Shown: piece after piece, positions 37,482 through 48,713 of the stretch | Layout: every line of letters starts with the position of its first letter | Numbering within the stretch: the stretch's first letter is position 1 | DNA from: Microthyrium microscopicum | Lineage: Eukaryota | DNA: 64,000 nucleotides | NCBI GenBank assembly: GCA_010405405.1 | Contig: MU004230.1 | Coordinates: forward strand, 406,627 to 470,626 | Direction: 5' to 3' | Notes under the pieces: model-generated | Told to the model about the DNA's origin: nothing | Databases searched by the model: none | Seen by the model: the letters and a program-made list of their open reading frames with translations, nothing else | Program-made: the position numbers and the translations under genes

Positions 37482-37733
37482 AGTCTCCGTAAACCATTGT
37501 GCTACTATATTATGTTAATATTCGTATGGCGTCTGGAGTTGAAGCACGAGGTTACTACCTGTGTAGTATTGTAGAGACAACAATATAGCGAATGATCAAA
37601 ACTGAAAAAGTCATCTATTAAATCGCCCAAAAGGTATCTCGATAACGACTTTAAGAAACATTATGCATAACAAAACAATAATCATAACAGCCCGCATTTA
37701 TCAACATTACTGTACCAGCATAATCCACTTCGC

Positions 37734-39256
37734 TCATTCATTCCAATCTACCCAGGTTTGCGGCTGCCGTACCCAGTCAGGTATACACAGCACTTTTGGC
37801 GGTGGCATTGTTTTCCATGGTACATGTATCGATTTGTTTCTTGCGTTTTTCCTGTTCCAGTCGCCAGGCAATCCTTTCTCCTTTTGTATCCGCACTGCAG
37901 TTTTATCATCATATGCCAGATTGACGCTCGGTACCACTGCGATGTTTCCATGTCCTTTTATCCATAGATCTTTTGTAAATAGAGAAACTTCTCCTTGATA
38001 GCATTCGTTGTCTCTGTTCAGCCGGAAACGTACTCCTTCGTCCATGATCGGTTTGGCGTCAAAAACGACGCCGCCGTTCCAGCAGGCGAAGACTTGAAAT
38101 GGTAGGCCTTTCTCGAAGCGCGCCTTGGATAGTCGGTCTGCGTCATTTTGGCCGAAGAATAGTCGCATGCTCTCGTTCCAGCTGCCGCCGAAGGGAATGT
38201 GGAAGAAGCTCTCGCCGCTCATGGTGCGCGCAATCCATACGTCGTAGAACGTTAGGCGGAACGAGCCGCTGTAGTCTACGTAGTTCCAATCCATTGCGCA
38301 TGTCATGTCTGCCTTTTGAAAGACTTTCTGGTGCACCAGTTCTAAGATATCGTCCGGGCATGCTGCGACGTCGTTGAAGAAGATGACGGTTGTGTTGGTC
38401 GAACTGAATCGCTCCGGATGGTCGGTGAGTGGTTGTATTGCCAGATTACGCAATTCTGCGAGGCTACCAATGCGCCCACTCTTCGTCGGATTAATCTCGC
38501 TGCGGGAGAAATAGTAGTCGACGCCTTCAGGTAAGGATTGGTTGAGCGCGGTAAGAACTTCGAATGTGCCGTCGTCGGAGCGGCCTTCGACAATGCTGAG
38601 AGCGCAGTTCTCAGGACCCAGGATACGAATCGCTTCGACAATGGAGCCTAGGAGGCGAGGGAGGATATGGATGCATTCATGTAGATTGAGGGCGAAGAAG
38701 TATGGTTTGAAGGGCGGGGGCGTGGCAGGAAGATTGTGGAGGGTGCGTAGGTAATCGTATCTTTCGCGATCTGCTGGTGGACATTTGAGGCGGTCGAGGG
38801 AAGTGTCGTTTATATCTCGTATTGATGTTAGGTACTTGTTGAGGTCGATGGGTGGTTTTTTTGGTGGCTCTTGAGGCTCTGTAGGTGCTTCTGACACTTC
38901 TAAAGGACGTTAGCCATTGTATAAAACTTTAAAAACTATAACGCACTCTCTGCCGGTGGCTCTATTGACTGTGCTGGCTCTGTTGGCTGCGCAGGTGGTG
39001 GTGGTGGTACCACGCTGCTCTCCCCGGCATCCACTACATCGCCGCTCACTGGTTGTATTACTGGAATATCCGAATTGCTGAGAGGTGTTTCGACAGGCTG
39101 CGCGACAGTCTCGGAAGGATTATTGTGCGTGCTCAAAGGCCTGAGACCACGAAAGGACCATCGTCCTGGATCGAGCTGACGAGTACAGGCAACAAGGATA
39201 AGCAGTACAAATATGGCGAGGATCAGAGTATAGGTGCGCCTGGCCGGGAGCAACAT
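37734..39256 (-). CDS. Alpha-1,3-mannosyltransferase, CMT1/Cap59 family (GT69), 2 exons
   Basis: Type II TM anchor, stem, 'YFFALNL', 'SIVEGRSDDGT', 'LAELRNLA', 'FFNDV', 'CAMDW', 'FYDVWIAR', 'PFQVFACWNG'; intron 38900-38946. Confidence 0.92.
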
Positions 39257-40349
39257 GTCTTGTAAAAAGGAAAGTTACCGCCACGAAGCCATTCCCTTCT
39301 CGGGGTTCGAAGACGATGCGCGAGCGCGAGCTGCACGAGGTTTGGCAAAGGATATCGTAAGCCGTGGAGACGGAGATAAATGCTGGAGTAATCTAGGCAG
39401 AGCGCGACGAGGCGGAAGCGGGTAAGCGATAATGGGGCAATCGCGGATTGGGACGAATTTTAATGGCGAAGAAAGGACAAAGTAGAAGAGTAGTGGAAAG
39501 ACAGTCAAGGGATGAGATTAGCAAGTATTAAGACTTAGTAGTGGAGATGGCGATGTTGACTTGGGGAAGATTTTCTGGAGTTGCAAAAGGGGACATTCGC
39601 GGATGTTGGTGGCTTGCATTTATTATTAGATCTCATACAACCTCTATTCTAGACCAGCATCAACGCTTTTCTCTTCAATACCTCTCTGCTTACTTCGTAC
39701 AGACTCACAGGCCACCATGAGACAGATCAAGTAGATCTTTATCGGCTCGATAATTCATGCTCTTTGTCCTCCAGATATAGTATCCCTTCATCCTACTACT
39801 TGGATGCCGCTTTCCAATCCTCCAGGCTCCGAGGCTCCCTTCAATTGGCCATCTCCAACCATTGACAGTTCAGAGGATATGTCTGAAGGATCATTGCAAA
39901 GTAGGTACTAAATGGTACTCTACTTTTTGGTCCCTCCACCGGAGCCATCGCATGATCGGACCCACTCAATTTGAGCCTCGAAAATTCCCTGGAACTAAAT
40001 CCCGATTGTCCCTTGTTTATCATCCAACCACTTAAGTACTCCCATCAACACAATATCTACCATAAGTACGATATCTACCATCGTATCTCATCTGAGATTG
40101 CGCGCTCAGTTTGCCTTCCTAGTCAAAATCTGGACATTCTTTTTGCGCCTACCTACCTTGGTATACAAATCTAGCATTTGATAATAGAGCGGAGCAGATG
40201 GGAACCTACGAAGCTCATGGTGCACGCTTATCAAGACAAGAACGGTTCATTAAAACGATGCTTGGAATTTCTGAATAGCATGGTCACCCAACGATCTTCC
40301 TCCCGACCTCCTTCTTCCGGATGGCAAACAAAAAGACAGTAAACGTTCC

Positions 40350-40874
40350 TCACTCCTCAGCTGGCGTGTTCACTGGAGGCCGCGACCACACAAACTCGCA
40401 AACAGACTCGGGAATGCGATTGAGAAAGATGTAATCAGCCCCGATCGTGTGCATCCCATCAATCGGCTCGATCAGTAAATCCGACAGGTGAAATGCTCCG
40501 TCGACATGTTCCAGTTCGACCGATTCGCCTATTTGGAGTGTTCGACGTAAATCAATCTTTATGATGTGAATCACCTCGTCGTAACCAATCGAGCGGCGGG
40601 TGACTTCCGAGCGTGCCCTCGCTTCAGTGTCAAAGACTGAGATAATTGGAGTTGGTGGACTTCGCGGCTCACCGGGCGGTGTATGTCGGAAGTGGTTCTC
40701 TAGGTAAGTTCTGAGCTTCTCATTATGATCCTCGAGTTTCACCGAGGCATCCTGAATCTCGGCCATGAGCCCTTGGCCCTCGACCCATTGCTTGCGAGAG
40801 TTCAAGTCTGTGACTGCCCAGAAAATCGGAGGATCTGGCATCAGTGCCCTTGGATTCGAGATATAAGTGGCCAT
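40350..40874 (-). CDS. Hypothetical 174-aa protein, possible ADP-ribosyltransferase-like fold
   Basis: Intact ORF; 'LENHF....TPIISVFDT..RAR', 'IIKID', 'DYIFLNRIP' pattern resembles a fungal ART-like hypothetical family. Confidence 0.55.
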   Translation of the reverse strand: MATYISNPRALMPDPPIFWAVTDLNSRKQWVEGQGLMAEIQDASVKLEDHNEKLRTYLENHFRHTPPGEPRSPPTPIISVFDTEARARSEVTRRSIGYDEVIHIIKIDLRRTLQIGESVELEHVDGAFHLSDLLIEPIDGMHTIGADYIFLNRIPESVCEFVWSRPPVNTPAEE

Positions 40875-41399
40875 GGTGGACTTGACCGCAGAAAGAGGCT
40901 CAGCCGAATCCCATGAGAGTACTAAGCGAGACGTGAAATGCTTGTAATGGCTGAAATGATGCTGATGGTGTAGTATGAGACTAGAAGTATGTTTGGATCT
41001 AATGGTGTGAGTATACTTCTAGCACTAGATGGAGTGAATGGGAGATGAGGTCTGAGGACATGATCGCAGTCAACAAAGAGAACCATTATCTCAATTACGA
41101 AGCAGCTCATGCGCACCATGGATGGTAAGAGCAAATGGAAAGTTGCGCAAGCGCTCTATAGTCTTGTCAGCTTTGATCCATAATCAGGACATCAGACTTC
41201 ATCACACTTGCCATGACCTTTGGAAGGACTTGCGATATTATCGTGGCGCGGCGTCAAGCTACCATGCAAATGGAGCAAATAACTTTAATGAAATGAATCT
41301 GATTGATCTATCTTTACAGTATACCTACAATCTCAAGCGCCAAAACATCGACAAACACTGCAGTTACTCCTGCTTCGTCCCATCATTGCAAGTTTCATC

Positions 41400-41699
41400 C
41401 TATGCCTTCTGAAAAGATTGACTATAACTAGTAGTCTCTTGAGTGTCCACGACATCTCTGCCGTTGTATACGTTGGGCTGGATGTAATGCTGGTTGCCGT
41501 TGCATCGTTGTCCGCAAGTGCCATTGCAGTATTGAGCGTGGACATAGCCATCGTGGGCATTTTGATATGCTGGAGGTTGTTGTTGGATGGCTTCGTTGGA
41601 AGCGTGCTTCTTGTCTGATGACTTGTTGAACTCCTTCATGGCCATTTTGGCGATGGCATAGGCGCCACCGATCTTGATTCCGTTTCCGATGATAGTCAT
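41400..41699 (-). CDS. Small hypothetical protein (99 aa) with HxxYCNGxCGxxC motif
   Basis: Good Kozak-like context (caaacaaaATG), TATAAATA upstream at ~41893-41900, coherent ORF. Confidence 0.65.
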   Translation of the reverse strand: MTIIGNGIKIGGAYAIAKMAMKEFNKSSDKKHASNEAIQQQPPAYQNAHDGYVHAQYCNGTCGQRCNGNQHYIQPNVYNGRDVVDTQETTSYSQSFQKA

Positions 41700-42344
41700 T
41701 TTGTTTGATGTAGAAAAGTGGTTCTGAATATGCGTGAAAGGTGTGAGATATGAGTAAGACTGGTTTGAAAGTGGATTGAAGTGGTAGGTGTTGTAGAATT
41801 TTGTAGAATTTTGTAGTGTTCAAGATATTGTAGAAATGTTACGAGTTGGATTGTTCGATGATGAACTAAGATTTAATGGAGGGATAGGAGTATATTTATA
41901 CAGATATCCGAAAGCCATTATCGCTCTCTTGAACAATTCAAAGTTGGTGAATTCAAAGCGTTTCAAGATCTTTGCTCGCATTTTGCGAGTTGAAGCTCGG
42001 TTTCGACTGGTGATCATTCGGATTTGGTGTTGAGCTTCGGATTCGATAAGCTTTTAGCCAATAAGAGCTGCGTCCGAGTTTGAATGCGAAGTGACTATTC
42101 CCAGTAGCGAGTACGAGCGAGGCTCATCAGGGTCCTGAAGATGTCGATCACCACCATTGTGGCTTGGACATTTGAGGTACTGTAGATCTCAGCACAGCAA
42201 CAGCACTGCGTCACCAGACGCATGAGATGATGCTCTATGGAGATAATTTACAGTATCGTTCATTTTCCCCCACTTTCTGGTCTATCTAGGTACCTGATAA
42301 GTTCATAATAATATCCATTGTACCAAGAGCCATCTTCTCACGAT

Positions 42345-43364
42345 ATGTCAACCCAAACCATCCTAGTAACCCGAGCGACCGGCACGCAAGGAATTGCAGT
42401 CCTTCACCATCTGCAAAAGAATGGCTTTCAAATACACGCCCTAGTTCGCGATGCCTCCGATGATCGTGCTCTTGCAATCAAGAAGAACTTTGGGGCAAAC
42501 CTATTTGAAGGCGCACTAGATGATCCAGGGATCATTCGTCGAGCAGCAGCTGGCTGTACAGGGCTGTTCCTCAACTTGATGCCAAGTTTGACTCCCGGCT
42601 TCGAGTTCGATAATGAATTATTGGAGGCAAGAAATGTTCTCGCGGAAGCAAAAGCGGCGGGAATCAAACATGTGATTTATTCCACCTCGCTCTCGGTGGG
42701 CAAGCACGAACAGTTACCTGGTTGGGATCCAAAAAGTACATACGCTCGGGCTATACTATCCAAGCATGCCATTGAAGAAGAAGGTAAGCTTCCATGAAAG
42801 CGAGAGTTGTTGTTCAAACCCAAATACTTCGAAGCCCGCGGAATCCATACTAACTCTTCTGCAGTCAGGAACGGTGGTTTCGACACATGGACCATAATTC
42901 GACCCGCTTACTTCATGACGAACTTCCTTGGATTCTTCGGTGCCTGGATATTCCCAGAGCTAAGCAAGGAGCACAAATTTGTTGCTTCCTTCAAGGCAGA
43001 TACTGTCCTTCCTCTCATCGATCCTCATGACATTGGAGCGTTTACCGCGGCGGCACTTTCGGATCCCAAGAAGTTTGGTGGACAGGCAATTGAGATAGCA
43101 GGAGACACTATTACAGCTACACAAGTTGTTGATGCTATCTCTATGGCCGCTGGAGTGCCTATCAAGGCAAAGTTCCGCACTGAGGAAGAAACGGAAGCCC
43201 TCATCAAGGTCAATCCTGCAGTGTCTGGTCAGGTGGCACTGAAGAGTTTGATTAACTTTGTCAACATGGAAGATGTAAAATCTTGGGGTGTTCCGCTGCG
43301 ATCGTTTGAGGAATTTCTCACCAGTGAAAAGGCTCTGGTTGACTCAACTTTTGGTTCCAAATAA
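42345..43364 (+). CDS. NmrA-like NAD(P)-binding protein, 2 exons
   Basis: 'TILVTRATGTQG', 'AKAAGIKHVIYST', 'SKHAIEE', 'WTIIRPAYFMTN', 'DIGAF'; intron ~42785-42864. Confidence 0.9.
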
Positions 43365-43843
43365 TCGAAAGACTTGTGATTAGCATACTCTCAGATACTT
43401 TATACTATTTGAAAATGGGTAGAAATAGACCTCTCGCCTTGGGCGTAGAGATCTCGGCCACAGAATTCAAACAATGCTTGTTAGATCCATTTCGCATGTG
43501 TGCCTCTACTTATGAGACAAGCAACAAGACGAAGACTAGGCGATGAGAGAGTTTGTTTACGCACGACAGGTGAGAACAGAGCCGAGTCGATAGCCATGTT
43601 ATTGCACCCGACATTGAGTGCTAGTTCACTCCTGGCACATACATAATGTAGTATATCAAGAGGCCATATTCTGCCGCAGTCGTTGGCGACCAGACGACTC
43701 GAATTGTTCAGTAACAGAATTCATTACTATCAAAGCAGTCAGAAGGCCTAGAGGCCAGTACCGACTAGAACAATCCCTGGAGGTTCATCTATCATAAGTG
43801 GCCCGTTGAAGCTCAGTTATTTCTCCATAGGATTCATGCCCGT

Positions 43844-44561
43844 CTATGCATTCCAAACCTGTGGAGTGTGGTGAGCACCATTACCCCGAGGACCGTCGCC
43901 ATCAATCAGTTCATCCTTGACGTTTGGAGTGTGGTGTGCGCCGTTACCCCGAGGACCGTCGCCATCGATGAGTGCACCTTCGATGGAGTTGATAGAAGTA
44001 GAATTGAAGCCGCCTTCGATATCACGCTTGCGACCATCATTGCGACACTATGAGGCATATTAGAACAGAAAAAGAGGTTCCTGGATATAACTTACGCAAA
44101 CACTAATCACGTTATCACCACAGCGTCCAGAATTTGGATCTGGGCGGCAGGTGTAATGTTGGCCACGATTGTCTGAGTACCATGTGAAGGTGACCTTTTG
44201 AAGATTAGAATGATCTAGACAATTATTCAAGTTCAGAGATTGTAACTTACCGGAGGCGCAGAGCAATGGAGACGTCCGGAATTGCAGGGACCTTTGTGAG
44301 GCTCCCCGAAGTTTTGCGTGAACCAGTCAACGACCTTGCAGCCATCATCGTAGACGTTCTTAGACCTGGTCAGTGAACAATCTCTATAAATGCAAGGGTT
44401 CTCTTCACCCAAATCCATTGTGTGTAGCCATTGTCAGGAGGGCCGATTGGTAGCTGACCAATTGCTACTCCGATACCATAGTTGAAGCCGGGACAGATGG
44501 CGGAGACGACGCCCAAGTAGGCAAAGAGGGTGAAGAACAGAGCAAGCACTTTGAAAGCCAT
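43844..44561 (-). CDS. Small secreted 8-cysteine protein with RKR site and duplicated C-terminal peptide, 4 exons
   Basis: Signal peptide; ICPGFNYGIG...W|NVYDDGC...PC...CSAPP|VTF...TCRPDPNSGRCGDNVISVC|CRNDGRKR...; introns 44359-44408, 44195-44250, 44048-44095; stop TAG 43844-43846. Confidence 0.85.
43862..43976. repeat. 63-bp-period tandem duplication encoding LIDGDGPRGNGAHHTP x2
   Basis: tggagtgtggtg...accccgaggaccgtcgccatc repeated at 43862 and 43925. Confidence 0.9.
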
Positions 44562-45731
44562 TGCAAAGACTTAGCGGTTTGTTGGTGGTTTTCGATTGGT
44601 GGTAGTGTTTCGCGAGGTTGGTGTTTGAGAGTAGTTTGCTGAAGTGGAGGATGATAGCAAGCAAAGGACTTTATAGATGCTGAAGATGAACTCGATGACA
44701 CTAAAATTGCTATCTGTAACTTCTTTGAATTCGGTGAATTAGTTCATAATTCACACTAGACTCACTGGGTCAACATATGTGAGGCTTCGATAACATCTCT
44801 GCTGATTTATGTGCGCATTCTCACCTATTGAGGCGCTACATGGTTGATATCAAGCAGTCACGGAAAGGTCTGATATTTCCAGACTGAGGAATGAGCAGTG
44901 ACTGAGGTTCAAAATCAGTATTTGAGCGGCGGAAATGAAGCCAACGGGAATCTTTGAGGCAAAGTGCATGAGTAAGCCTTCAGCGACAATTCGGGAAGCA
45001 AAGGAACAGGCTCCAAAACAGCTACGATCTGAACTATGCATATGAATATTGGACGAAGTCCATTCAATCGGGCGACGAAAGAAGTGGCGCGCTCCCATCC
45101 ACTAAAATCTCTCCCATGGCACAATGTAATGAAAAGATATTTTAGTTCCCGAAGTATTCGATAGGGAGTTGAGCCTGTTACTCATTCAATAAGAGATAAA
45201 GCAATTGATAGTAAAGCGTAGCAGATGGTAGACAGCATGCTTGATTGAAGCGAGCGAATTATTTTGTCGCCTGGTTGTACATGATCCTGGAGGTCGGCGG
45301 TCTGGGAGTCTGGGGCTTTTTATATTATCTATCAGATCCAATTGGTCTTTCATACCTTCGACTAAACTTTCTTCCCGACAAGATAATTCCTCGCTCTAAA
45401 CTACGTTCCGCAAATGACCAAACTGTCGTGAATCTTAAAAGATTACACTCATGGGTACATTTTGTGAACCCATTCTTTCAAGGTATTTGGAAAATATGAG
45501 GAGCAAACATTGCTCGTTAAACGTAGATTCATTACCCCAAAATCATGCTGATAGATCCAATTGGGCAATGCCTCCAGATATCTTGACCACAGATTGGAAA
45601 CTGACATAAAAAAGGACTCAGAATCATGGCCAAGAAGAGACCAAAGTCACAGTGATTCAACTCTCTAAACGTCAACAACCAACTCAACAACCAAGAACCT
45701 AACTCTGACTACTTAAGTCAAATATCTCATC

Positions 45732-46309
45732 ATGATGTTTACTCCCAAAACAGCGCTTACCATCGCCCTCCTCCTACTCACCACCCAAATCCACGCCATC
45801 CACATTCATACATCTACAATATCCACCTCCAAGCCAGGCAATGCCATCAAATTCCAGCAGGTATGGACCACGAGATGCCAGCGGGCATGGCACATAACGT
45901 GCCCTCTGTAGTTATGGATCCTCCGGCAAAGGGTATGGGCTCGGAGCAGACCACTCGAAGCATATGGGTAAGTCTTTGTTTCCCAACGAGTTAGTGACTT
46001 GTCATGTCTGCTAATGGTCATAGGCGGTGCTAGTATGGGTGGATGACTGGTGTCAGTGGGAGAGTAGACCATTCGAAGCACATGGATAAGTCATCCATTG
46101 CAAAATAACCATTAACCTGAGATGTTTTGCTCATGATGGTAGGCAGCGCTAGTATGAGTAAGGGAGTAGACCATTCGAAGCATATGGGTAAGTTTCTTGA
46201 TGCATTTGAAAATCATAATCATTCGCTGATGGTAATGGGCGGTGCTGGAATGAGTGGAATGGGAGGTAATATGGCCGGGATGGATCACTCTTCGCATGGC
46301 ATTTATTGA
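45732..46309 (+). pseudogene. Decayed gene for a secreted Met/His/Gly-rich protein with DHSKHMG repeats
   Basis: Signal peptide from ATG 45732; three GACCAYTCGAAGCAYATGG|RTAAG exon ends; 1-bp deletions near 45797, 45943 and 46043; donor GT>AT at 46086; acceptor AG>GG at 46237. Confidence 0.75.
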
Positions 46310-46655
46310 GGCCTTTGAGGGAGCAAAGTATGCAAGCTGGTTCAGGCAAGACGGTGAGTTTGAGATCTAGCAAATGTATATAGCAGTATCAGGACAAGCC
46401 ACTCCTCAAGATATAATCTCTTACACAGTTCGATAGAAAAGCATTTGACAAAAAGAATAATATTGTCTCAACCAAAGACCCGCTCCTCAGAAACCGTCTC
46501 AAGCCAGTCTATACGTAATCAACCTTAATCCGACAGCTACGATATAGCTAATAATAAAATATAGATAGTATGGTATAGTATATGAAAAAGATATGCAACC
46601 CCAAATCCTCATCCACCAATACCGCTCCCTTGATACACAACGCATCACACTCAAC

Positions 46656-48713
46656 TCAACTCCAATCCTCATCCTCCTCCTTAACCAACTCCGCATCATC
46701 CATCAACGTCTTCCCCATCTGCTTCTTCCGATCCTTCCGTTCCTTCCTCGTCACCAGACGCGGTGTAATCGGCGTCATGGGCGTAAATGGCATATACGCA
46801 CTATATGGCGTCTGTGGGACTCCAGTCATCGGTGTCTTGGCTGTCATTGGTCCACGCAATGGCTTAACTTTACGATCTAGGAAGGTTGTCTTGACTGGAC
46901 CGGGTGAGAGCAGCGAACTGCTATCTTGGAATGCACGGAACGGCAGTGGTTTCGAACCACCGGGCGCTGCGGCTGTGCTGTGGCTGCTGGTTGGTGGTGG
47001 TGAGAGACGTGGTGTTTGAGCGCTGGACATGGGGCGCACGTTGGAGCCTGGGAGACCCATTGTGCTGCGGTGCGAAGGCGCTGGGCTGGCGGGCAGGCCG
47101 GTGACGGTGTTGGAGCTTCCGATGCTGCTGATGGATGGTTTGTGGGTTGGACCACTCAAGTTGAGGTTTGGTGGGCGACGGCCGGGGGTTCCGAGACGGG
47201 AGGGCGCGGGTTGGGGGAGGATGCTGTTCATGCCTTCGAATTTGTCTTCGGCGTGGGCGTCTTCGGGCGTGTCGGGGGTGACGGCTTCGTCTCTGTTGGC
47301 TGTTTGGGCGACTGGTGAGAGGGGCGTGCGTTCTTCTCTGTCCTGCTCGTCTTGGGCGCCGGTGTTGATGCGCATGTTCTTGAGCATCTTGCGGCCCTTG
47401 GAGGTCTTGGAGCTCAGCGAGTCGGATTTGGATGATGAGGTGCCGGGTGGTGGTGGAAGGGTCATGTATTGAGCTCCTGGTGGCAGACCTGGGCTTGCTG
47501 GATACATGTCGTTTTGAAGCTCGACTCTCTTTGGTGCAGGACCTAGAGTTCCGTACATTGCCGATGACATTGGACCAGGGCTGATTGGCGTTATCGGAAC
47601 AGTCTGTCCAGGTAGTGGTGTGAATGGTTGGTTGGGCAAACGCATTCGTCGTTGACCTGGTGGTGGACTAGCTGGATACATATCGTTTGGCAGCTCAATC
47701 TTCGGCGTGGTGGGACTAAGAGGCATTGTGGCAGACATTGGTGGTGCAGGCACTCTGAGACTTGCACTGCTATTGATCTTAAGTGGCTTCTTTCCAGCTT
47801 GAGGCCAGAAATCGTCCGGTACTGTAGCTCTGATCGGACTTGTTGGACTTTGTGGCATTTCTGGAATGTCATGATCTGGAGGATAGATCGCTCTGATAGG
47901 ACTCTTTGGCGTTTGATCATACGAAGGACTCATAGGTGCTCTAATTTCCAGTCCAGTAACTCGTTGTAGTCTTTTATCCGCTGGTCGACTTGCAACAGTA
48001 CTAGCCACTGAGGCTCGAGGCATATTCTGAACACTAGCAGAGTCCTTGAACTGATTCTGACCAAGTTGAGAAAGCTGAGACCGTCTTGCTGCATCGTGAA
48101 CCATGACAGCGGCATATAACCGCTCCATCTCAGCCTGTCGACTCATCCGGTCCCCATCCACGATATTTGCGTCGAACGAAAACATTGATTCTCCAGCAGG
48201 ACTGTTCAACGCTGATCCGTCTGGTGGGCCGGAAGTGAATGACACTGCACTTTGCCCCTTCTTTCTCAACGGATTACGCATCCAGGATGTAAGCGAAGAA
48301 GCCGGAGAAGTAGGAGAAAGCTCAAACTTTCTGCTTTCGTTCGCGACGAGTTTGAGCTCGACTGGTGGAGGAATCAAGAGCTTCTTTCTCTTGCGGCGGA
48401 TAGTGACAATGCCAGTTCCAACACCAATAGCACAGACGACGTAGGATGCAAGGATTCCAGCAATTTGGTAGGGCAGATGTGCGATGTTCCGATCTGAGTT
48501 TGCAGCTGCTGGTGGTCCACAAACGACTGGCAGTACAGGCCAGTTATCAATGTCGATATCCCAGAAACCAGTGTGGTGAAAGCGTAGTGGGTCGCAATAT
48601 GCCTTTATGACAGATGGGTCTGCGTTGGGGGGAGGTGGGCTCTCTCCTGCAACTAAGAGGAGCAAGAGAGAGAATATAGGTGCCGTGAAGAGAAAGGATT
48701 GACTAGTAGGCAT
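46656..48713 (-). CDS. Fungal single-pass membrane protein with long Pro/Ser-rich cytoplasmic tail
   Basis: 685-aa intact ORF; signal peptide, TM helix, 'EMERLYAAVM', C-terminal 'PQTPYSAYMPFTPMTPITPRLVTRKERK'. Confidence 0.8.
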   Translation of the reverse strand: MPTSQSFLFTAPIFSLLLLLVAGESPPPPNADPSVIKAYCDPLRFHHTGFWDIDIDNWPVLPVVCGPPAAANSDRNIAHLPYQIAGILASYVVCAIGVGTGIVTIRRKRKKLLIPPPVELKLVANESRKFELSPTSPASSLTSWMRNPLRKKGQSAVSFTSGPPDGSALNSPAGESMFSFDANIVDGDRMSRQAEMERLYAAVMVHDAARRSQLSQLGQNQFKDSASVQNMPRASVASTVASRPADKRLQRVTGLEIRAPMSPSYDQTPKSPIRAIYPPDHDIPEMPQSPTSPIRATVPDDFWPQAGKKPLKINSSASLRVPAPPMSATMPLSPTTPKIELPNDMYPASPPPGQRRMRLPNQPFTPLPGQTVPITPISPGPMSSAMYGTLGPAPKRVELQNDMYPASPGLPPGAQYMTLPPPPGTSSSKSDSLSSKTSKGRKMLKNMRINTGAQDEQDREERTPLSPVAQTANRDEAVTPDTPEDAHAEDKFEGMNSILPQPAPSRLGTPGRRPPNLNLSGPTHKPSISSIGSSNTVTGLPASPAPSHRSTMGLPGSNVRPMSSAQTPRLSPPPTSSHSTAAAPGGSKPLPFRAFQDSSSLLSPGPVKTTFLDRKVKPLRGPMTAKTPMTGVPQTPYSAYMPFTPMTPITPRLVTRKERKDRKKQMGKTLMDDAELVKEEDEDWS

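Noticed and set aside
37279..37518. (CHPS)n and (RRMT)n repeat ORFs resembling metallothionein or protamine
   Set aside because: Alternative frames of the KDDK minisatellite in the DUF3429-like gene.
45950..46195. Three spaced ~24-bp direct repeats as a CRISPR-like array
   Set aside because: Eukaryotic context, no cas genes, ~110-bp spacing; repeats are duplicated exon ends plus splice donors.
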